From assembly GCA_964609855.1 (NCBI GenBank), contig CAZSTB010000001.1, positions 27,854-91,853 of the forward strand: 64,000 nucleotides of DNA. The letters run 5' to 3'. Positions within the stretch are counted from its first letter, which is position 1. Each line of letters starts with the position of its first letter. The notes below the pieces were generated by a model, which was given only the letters and a program-made list of their open reading frames with translations, did no database searches and was not told the DNA's origin. The position numbers and the translations under genes were made by a program. This DNA is from an uncultured Bdellovibrionales bacterium (lineage in GTDB: Bacteria > Patescibacteriota > Minisyncoccia > Moranbacterales > GWC2-37-73). Of the stretch, positions 57,626 to 64,000 are shown piece by piece.

Positions 57626-58135
57626 ATGGAAAACGAAACAGTAGTAGCAAGCGAACTGAGTAATCAACCTGTCCAAAGCCAAAGTCCAGTTGTTGTGGAA
57701 AAGAAGCACGACTTGGCATGGGTTATTGTGCATATTTGGGTTAAGGGTTTAATTGTTTCTTTTCCTGCATCTATCATTTTGATGATAATTTCAGGAATTG
57801 TGGTGGTAAGTATGGGATTTGATATGACAGTACTTGCACAGAGAGCGGCAACCGACCCAGAATTTGCGAAACAATTCACAATGATAAATCAATTATTTGG
57901 CTTTATTTTAATTCCCGTATCTTATTTTGGTCTTAAATGGGGTTGCAAAACAGCACTTCAAAAAACATCTATTGATGAAAAAGATTTTGGAAAAATTGGT
58001 TATTGGGTTGGTATTATCCCGATACTGTTTTCAATTCTGAACAGAGATTTAATGCTCGCTGCTTTGATATTTGGTATTTTCCTAACACCAAAACTCGTTA
58101 AAAAATGGCTTACACAATTTAACCAAGTAGCATAA
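57626..58135 (+). CDS. Membrane protein
   Basis: About four TM segments. Confidence 0.7.
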   Translation: MENETVVASELSNQPVQSQSPVVVEKKHDLAWVIVHIWVKGLIVSFPASIILMIISGIVVVSMGFDMTVLAQRAATDPEFAKQFTMINQLFGFILIPVSYFGLKWGCKTALQKTSIDEKDFGKIGYWVGIIPILFSILNRDLMLAALIFGIFLTPKLVKKWLTQFNQVA

Positions 58136-58137
58136 TT

Positions 58138-58629
58138 ATGGTTCAAATAATCCTCAGTTACTTAGTTCTCGGCATTCTATCTTTTAATTTGGTGAAAGTG
58201 CTGAGGAAATACCTCTTGGATTTAGGCGAAAAGGCACAAAAAATAGGTGTTACAATTTTTATAATTGCAATCGCCTTTTTGCTTATCGTGTTCAAAATTT
58301 CTTACGCCAGAGATGCTATCGTTATTCTTCAATTTTTTGTTTTCCTTTATGATGCATACAGAGGGGAATTATATAAAAAACCAGAGAAAAACTTTTATGA
58401 TCTCACTTTCAATGAGAAATTTTATATGACCGCCTATAATTTGGTTTTTGTAAGTAGTTGCTTTATATACGCTCTCTATACATTTCCCTCGCGTCTTTCT
58501 GAGGATATGCAACCACTTGGTAATATAATAGTTATTTTTGTTATCGTATACTTGAGTTTTATAGATAAGAGAAAAAAAGGTAAATCCCTGATGTTTTACG
58601 GAAACAAGAAGAAAACAGTTTCAATTTAA
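58138..58629 (+). CDS. Membrane protein
   Basis: About five TM segments. Confidence 0.7.
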   Translation: MVQIILSYLVLGILSFNLVKVLRKYLLDLGEKAQKIGVTIFIIAIAFLLIVFKISYARDAIVILQFFVFLYDAYRGELYKKPEKNFYDLTFNEKFYMTAYNLVFVSSCFIYALYTFPSRLSEDMQPLGNIIVIFVIVYLSFIDKRKKGKSLMFYGNKKKTVSI

Positions 58630-58976
58630 TATTGCAAAGTGAAACTATTGAAAAATAAAGTCAATTCTTCCGTGAATTTAAGCGATTTCAGTTCCGAATA
58701 TAGCTGGTTGGGGGGGGCAAATAAAAAGGGCTTAATAAAGCCTTTTTTGTTATCTAGAATGAATTTCGAACTTTGGTAATTTGATCAATAGCGTGTGAAA
58801 TATGTATTGACAAACTTTGATAAATCCGCTATGCTCTAAAGTCTTGGATGTCAGCGAGAATGTATTGTTTGTAGAGCATTATTTATGGCTATAATAGCGC
58901 AAATAATGTTCTGGAAATAATTTCAGAGCAGTAAACTTGAAAACTTAATCTTTACAAACGGAGGAGGTGAAAATCT

Positions 58977-59276
58977 ATGTACGCAGCACTGGAGTTGGTG
59001 TTTCTTTTTTTGGCTGTACTGTTCATCGTGACGCAAATGCTTATGCCGGCTTTAACTGGCGGGCAATACTTCTGGATTTTCCGAAAGGAACAGAAGGCGA
59101 TTAAGAGCAAGGAGGCTGAGCTTTCCGCACTGAGGGAACGTGAAAAGGCAATTGATCTTGACTCGGCCATCGCTGCAGGAAAAGCAAGGCTTAGGCAGAA
59201 AGCAGAAAGCGTAGGCCAGATGAAAGAAGCCATCACAGAGGAAGAAAAAGGCAAGATCCCTGAAGAAGAGAAATAA
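58977..59276 (+). CDS. Small TM + coiled-coil protein
   Basis: SD GGAGGAGG; N-terminal TM, charged helical tail. Confidence 0.75.
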   Translation: MYAALELVFLFLAVLFIVTQMLMPALTGGQYFWIFRKEQKAIKSKEAELSALREREKAIDLDSAIAAGKARLRQKAESVGQMKEAITEEEKGKIPEEEK

Positions 59277-59312
59277 CTTTCCGCCTAGGCGGACATCAAG
59301 GAGGAGGACACG

Positions 59313-60611
59313 ATGGAAAGATTCGACGCAGATGATGCAATTGACAAGGCGACAGAACTGGGAAGGGCAGTGAAGCAGAAACTTCCGGGCAAACGAGGCA
59401 TGACTATCAGCCTCGTTTGTCTGGCACTGTTGTTCGTGCTCTTTGCGATCAAGGGCAAGATCTATTACGATCTGGCTCAAAACGAGATACTGTTCATCAA
59501 GGAAATGGGGTCCGGCAAGGTCTACATCCACAAGAATGCAGGCTGGAAGTGGGTCCGTTTCGGTGAGCCGACCATGATTAAGAAGAGCTATACGTTCTGG
59601 TTCTCCAATAAGGCTGACCAGGGCAAGAAGAATGACGAGAGTATCAAAGCGCGCTTCAATGATAACGGCCACGGGAACATCTCCGGATCCATCCGGATAA
59701 ACTCGCCACTGAACGATAAGCAGCTGTTGGATATATACTCTCAGTTTAAGACCCAGGAAGCCATCGAGCACGAGATCATCAGAACGACGCTCGAGAAGGC
59801 GGTTTATTTCGCCGGCCCACTGATGTCGTCCACTGAGAGCGCTTCCACCAAGAGGAACATGCTTCTTAGCTATATCGAAGATCAGGCCCAAAGTGGGATC
59901 TACAAAACTGTATCGGAGGAAGTGAAGGTTAAAGATACTCTGACTGGCGCCGATAAGACCATGACTCAGGTAAGACTGCTTACCGATGAAAAGAAGCCTA
60001 ATGGCATTGCCAGACACGAGCAATCGCTCCTGGCGAAGTTTGGCTTCACATCATCAAACCTGAGCATCAATGAAATTGTCTACGACGATGAAGTTGAGGC
60101 CCAGATCAAGGCCCAGCGGGAATCGATCATGTCGGTACAGACTTCCATTGCCGCGGCGAAGAAAGCCGAGCAAGACACGATCACCACTGAAGAAAAAGGA
60201 AAGGCTACAGCAGCTAAAGCCAAGTGGGCACAGGAAACGCTCAAGGCTACGGCGGTCACCAAGGCTGAGCAGGATCGCGAGGTGGCCCGTATCGACAAGG
60301 AAGCAGCTGAGTTTACCAAGCAAAAGCTGATCTTGGAAGGTCAGGGTGAAGCCGAAAAGCGACGTCTGATCATGGCAGCTGACGGAGCCCTGGACAAGAA
60401 GCTCAAGACATATGAGAACGTCATGGGTCGCGCTGTCCAGGAATTCGCCAAGCAGAAATGGGTGCCTGAAATCGTGATGGGTGGGGGATATAGTGGCAGC
60501 GCAGGCGCAGGCACTCCACTTTACGACATGATGAACATGATGTCCCTGTCGGCTATGAAAAGCATTGGCCTTGACATGGGCATCCCCATCGGCAAAAGCA
60601 CCAAGAAGTAA
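59313..60611 (+). CDS. SPFH/band-7-like membrane protein
   Basis: N-terminal TM, SPFH-like core, Ala/Glu/Lys coiled coil (EGQGEAEKRR), WVP..MGG tail. Confidence 0.7.
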   Translation: MERFDADDAIDKATELGRAVKQKLPGKRGMTISLVCLALLFVLFAIKGKIYYDLAQNEILFIKEMGSGKVYIHKNAGWKWVRFGEPTMIKKSYTFWFSNKADQGKKNDESIKARFNDNGHGNISGSIRINSPLNDKQLLDIYSQFKTQEAIEHEIIRTTLEKAVYFAGPLMSSTESASTKRNMLLSYIEDQAQSGIYKTVSEEVKVKDTLTGADKTMTQVRLLTDEKKPNGIARHEQSLLAKFGFTSSNLSINEIVYDDEVEAQIKAQRESIMSVQTSIAAAKKAEQDTITTEEKGKATAAKAKWAQETLKATAVTKAEQDREVARIDKEAAEFTKQKLILEGQGEAEKRRLIMAADGALDKKLKTYENVMGRAVQEFAKQKWVPEIVMGGGYSGSAGAGTPLYDMMNMMSLSAMKSIGLDMGIPIGKSTKK

Positions 60612-60689
60612 GCACGAAGTATTTTCACAACCGAAAAGGGCTGGCCGAGAAGTTTCGGCCAGCCTCTTTTAACAAAAGGAGGCAATCTG

Positions 60690-61376
60690 ATGAAATTGCG
60701 AAAACTGATTTTGTTTTGTCTGGCTCTGCTTGTTTTTGCAGGGTGCAGGTCTGATATCATCGAAAAAGTCGCAACTGGCGCGGCTCTTAGCGAAGATGAT
60801 AAAAAAGAGTACGCTGAGTATACTAAGGATGCCAAAAGCAAGGCAGACTTTGACACAGCAGTCGCTGAATACAAGAAAAAGATCGCCGAAAATAGTTATT
60901 CGCCGCCCACTGAAGAACAAAAAAAACTCGGAGTCAGGGAGTATCATGGCCAAGAATTGAAGATTTCACCGGTAGTGACAGATCAGATCGGTTTTATCGA
61001 AGGTTCCAGGGTTAAGACGCCCGACGGTGAAGGATACTTCGTCGGAATCGATAAGGACGGCGACGGATGGTTTCACCTTGATGGCAAAACATCCCTGCAT
61101 TATTACAAAGGCGGGAAAGATGAATACATCAAGAAAGGATTCATGCTCATCGCATCTCCAGCAGAGCAGCAAGAATTGGTACTTATCGCGGAAAAGAGTG
61201 CAGAAGAACAAAATGCTCTTCCTTTGGTTCCAGCGGCACCGGCAGTCAAGCCCAATCCCGCAGCTCCGAAGATCGCGAAAGCCGCTTCGGCAACTTCGGT
61301 CGTTGCAGATCTGCAGGTAGGCGAGATTGAAAAACTCCCACCGATCCCACCGATCCCGCCATTAAAAGAGAAGTGA
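60690..61376 (+). CDS. Lipoprotein with Pro/Ala-rich tail
   Basis: Lipobox FAGC, SD AGGAGG. Confidence 0.75.
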   Translation: MKLRKLILFCLALLVFAGCRSDIIEKVATGAALSEDDKKEYAEYTKDAKSKADFDTAVAEYKKKIAENSYSPPTEEQKKLGVREYHGQELKISPVVTDQIGFIEGSRVKTPDGEGYFVGIDKDGDGWFHLDGKTSLHYYKGGKDEYIKKGFMLIASPAEQQELVLIAEKSAEEQNALPLVPAAPAVKPNPAAPKIAKAASATSVVADLQVGEIEKLPPIPPIPPLKEK

Positions 61377-61449
61377 TTTAAAACCTAATAGAGGCTGGCT
61401 GAAGCATCAGCCAGCCTCTAATCATATCTTGCATTGATGCGAAAGGAGG

Positions 61450-61821
61450 ATGGTCATGGCACATTCAACAAAGAGAGAGGCTCTGATGGAGATCGTAAAT
61501 CTCATCGTTCAGAATTCTGGCAAAAGAGCATCGCTTGCCTTCCAGGAGGAAGATACGATGACTGAGAAAGTCGAGGATGCTGCACACTTCATCAAGGTCG
61601 ACGGAAAGAGGATTGGCCGTGACATTGGGATGTACGGCTTCATGGGTGATGGCCCAGTTGGCTGGGAAAGAACACTGGCCATGTTCCTGGAAGAAATTCT
61701 CTTTCCAGTTAAAGGTCTCGGCCTCACTGAAAGCTACAATGCTGCCGCCGAGAAATTAAAGGAGCTCGGCCATGAGGTCTATTCCACCGACCTTCATGCA
61801 GAGTGGGATGGGCTGTTCTAA
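61450..61821 (+). CDS. Hypothetical protein
   Basis: SD AGGAGG; 123 aa. Confidence 0.7.
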   Translation: MVMAHSTKREALMEIVNLIVQNSGKRASLAFQEEDTMTEKVEDAAHFIKVDGKRIGRDIGMYGFMGDGPVGWERTLAMFLEEILFPVKGLGLTESYNAAAEKLKELGHEVYSTDLHAEWDGLF

Positions 61822-62153
61822 GATTCGGCATCGCACCGGATCAACTAACGGCTATGAGTTTATACAGAAATGTATATCTCATGGCCGTTTTATTTTTTAT
61901 AAAAAGCTCTATCTAAAATCAGGGCTCTTTAACTATGAAAGAATTTCGAACTTGGCGCAAACAACAAAAAGAGGCTTATTTAAGCCTCTTTTTGTTGTTT
62001 AGTCTTGACTTCTTTTAAAATTCATATTAATCTCCATTATCATTGTTATTTTAAAATTTAATCACGAACTGGCAGTTAAATAATTGAAATTGTTGATTAT
62101 TCAACTGTCAGTTTGTGCAAAATAGAAACTGAACGTCAAATGCGAGGAGGTGT

Positions 62154-62705
62154 GTGATGAGTGAAACGTGCTTGGTGAGAAAGTGGAGGGAAATATCAAG
62201 ACAAGTAGTGTTCACTGCCAAACGATTTTCAATCTTAAGCATTGATTTCTTAAGACCAGGCAATGAGAAATATCCAGAGGTATTTATTAAGAAAGAGCCT
62301 GATTCTGTGGGAATTTTTGCCATTACAAAAGATCAACAAGTCGTGATGGTGAAACATTACAGAGCTGGGCCAGGGGAAATAGTGCTTGAACTTCCAGCAG
62401 GCGACGTGGACAACGGAGAAAGCCCAGTGGAGGCTGCATTAAGGGAATTGCTTGAAGAAACGGGATTTCAAGGGGAAAAAGCAGTTATAACAGGATCAAC
62501 ATATCGGGACGCATATTCCACTGGAATTTTTTTCTCAGTCGTTGTGACTGATTGCGTCTTTGAGAGAATTCCAGTGGAACAACAAAGGCATAAAAATCTG
62601 CGTAAGATAATTCTTGTCCCGCTAGAGGAATTTCCTGGAATATTGGAAAGTTGCACGATGACAAATTCCGAGGCTGGATTCAGGGGTTTATATTTTCTAA
62701 AATAA
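62154..62705 (+). CDS. NUDIX hydrolase (ADP-ribose pyrophosphatase-like)
   Basis: ELPAGDVDNGESPVEAALRELLEETG Nudix box. Confidence 0.9.
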   Translation: MMSETCLVRKWREISRQVVFTAKRFSILSIDFLRPGNEKYPEVFIKKEPDSVGIFAITKDQQVVMVKHYRAGPGEIVLELPAGDVDNGESPVEAALRELLEETGFQGEKAVITGSTYRDAYSTGIFFSVVVTDCVFERIPVEQQRHKNLRKIILVPLEEFPGILESCTMTNSEAGFRGLYFLK

Positions 62706-62723
62706 CTCTCAAAGGAGAATGAC

Positions 62724-63365
62724 ATGAAAAATTCGAAAGACACTGTAGGTATAAGCGAACGCACTGATTGGGATAGAATGATAAATGAAGTAGATGCTCT
62801 CCGGAGAAGACTTCGGGAAAAACCCCAAGAATTAAGAATCGGATATTCCATAACACCTGGTGGCATACTCAATGCTTATTGTGAAGGTGATATTTTATTT
62901 GAACAAGCAGTTGCAGAACTGACCAAATTGACTCCTGGAACGGCCATGAAAAAAGTGATCATAACAAGAGGTATTCCTGGTTCAGGGAAAACGACTGAGT
63001 TGGAAAAGAATTATCCCGCAGCTTTCGTTTGTTCGGCAGTAAACTTTCACACTGACCACCTTGGAAACTACAAGTTTTATCCGAATGGCGTCAGAGAAGC
63101 GCACACTTATTGCCAGAATGCTTTTCGGGCAGCGCTTCAAAACAACCTCCCGCTCATTGCAGTAGACAATACCCACATTAAGACGTGGGAATTTGCTAAC
63201 TATATCGAACAGGCTGAAGATTACGGCTACGAAGTGGTTGTTATCCGCATGAAGTTCGATGACATCGCCGCCGCATTCGAAAGGAACATTCACAGAGTTC
63301 CACTTGAAGTAATTGCTCGGATGCACAGCATGATGGAAGATTATGCTGGTGAAATTTTTGTCTAG
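62724..63365 (+). CDS. AAA_33 / polynucleotide-kinase-like P-loop protein with N-terminal extension
   Basis: IITRGIPGSGKTT, AH..CQ, VDNTH...WE, RNIH.VP. Confidence 0.8.
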   Translation: MKNSKDTVGISERTDWDRMINEVDALRRRLREKPQELRIGYSITPGGILNAYCEGDILFEQAVAELTKLTPGTAMKKVIITRGIPGSGKTTELEKNYPAAFVCSAVNFHTDHLGNYKFYPNGVREAHTYCQNAFRAALQNNLPLIAVDNTHIKTWEFANYIEQAEDYGYEVVVIRMKFDDIAAAFERNIHRVPLEVIARMHSMMEDYAGEIFV

Positions 63366-63403
63366 CCGATGACATTATAAAAAGGTAAAGGAGGATTTGA
63401 AAG

Positions 63404-63793
63404 ATGCTAACTATAAAAACATGGTGTTTGCCGAACGGTCTTTCGGAGAAAGAATTAAACGATCTGCATAACGCAATGGTAGCTGCAGTCATCTCCATCC
63501 CAAAGACTGGGGTTAAGAATGAGAGTATGATGCTCAATCTTTTTCCTTCAGACATGATGAGCTATGGTCTGGGAAATGAAATCAGTATTGAGATCACAAA
63601 AGTTCCTGTATCCTGTGATCGGCACATCCTAAATAAGCTCGCACGAGCTGTTGGCGTGGTCGTCAGAAAGGCTTTCCCAAACGCGAGAGTAGAATGCGAA
63701 GCTTTGCCATTTAACACTGCCGCTGGCTTTTTCTCAGCCATAAGCGAACAGCAGCAATTCGAGGAAGAGTGTGCGGCGGGATTTCATAAATAG
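63404..63793 (+). CDS. Hypothetical protein (possible tautomerase-like fold)
   Basis: SD GGAGG; beta-alpha-beta repeat pattern; terminator at 63823-63859. Confidence 0.6.
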   Translation: MLTIKTWCLPNGLSEKELNDLHNAMVAAVISIPKTGVKNESMMLNLFPSDMMSYGLGNEISIEITKVPVSCDRHILNKLARAVGVVVRKAFPNARVECEALPFNTAAGFFSAISEQQQFEEECAAGFHK

Positions 63794-64000
63794 TTCTGTC
63801 TGCACAACAAGCAGTAAGAAGAAAAAGAGAGTCGTTGGCAAATGCCCGCGGCTCTTTTCATATCCAAATTTGATATTCTGAGTCTTTATTGTAATTTAAA
63901 AAGTATAAGGTTTGTTTAGCGGGGAGAGATAAACGTTTAAAGGAGGCTTGTTTTGGCCTCTCTTTGCTCTCTCTTTGCTGTTTGCTATTGACTTAAACTT

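Noticed and set aside
59052-60023. 323-aa minus-strand ORF
   Set aside because: Antisense shadow of the GC-richer SPFH operon, which has SD sites and recognisable features
47408-64000. Classical integron with attC sites
   Set aside because: No tyrosine integrase IntI and no attC R-box/L-box palindromes noticed; the boundaries match serine-recombinase arms instead

Overview
AT-rich bacterial chromosome segment; the gene set and repeat content point to a Patescibacteria/CPR (Parcubacteria-like) genome, which is an inference. Bases 1-43.3 kb are mostly core genome: mutM 5' end, polA, tsaE, DHH phosphoesterase, a PilB/GspE ATPase with two tandem ATPase domains, ruvB/ruvC/ruvA, yebC, a 7TM + four ATP-grasp ligase cluster, PBP1A, a pilin-beta-propeller fusion, FemABX, murE, lemA, htpX, pyk, tRNA-Ser, dnaG, rpoD and tRNA-Asn. 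From the tRNA-Asn 3' end (43.29 kb) to the end of the window is an accessory region. Main observation: a large serine recombinase ends inside tRNA-Asn and its attachment site lies within its own 3' end. The predicted attR at about 56.25 kb holds an in-frame 33-aa C-terminal extension that would be joined on excision. Decayed versions of the same junction recur at about 57.47, 58.72, 61.96 and 63.93 kb and delimit small co-oriented, recombinase-less modules, suggesting an integron-like cassette array built at a tRNA by a serine recombinase. The first element also carries a TerS-like HTH protein, several structured RNA leaders, an XRE-HTH/nuclease/STAND protein with a perfect palindromic operator, and a DUF3800 gene facing a promoter-driven pair of tandem RNA hairpins. 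All calls come from reading the sequence and motifs by eye; no database searches or folding programs were run.
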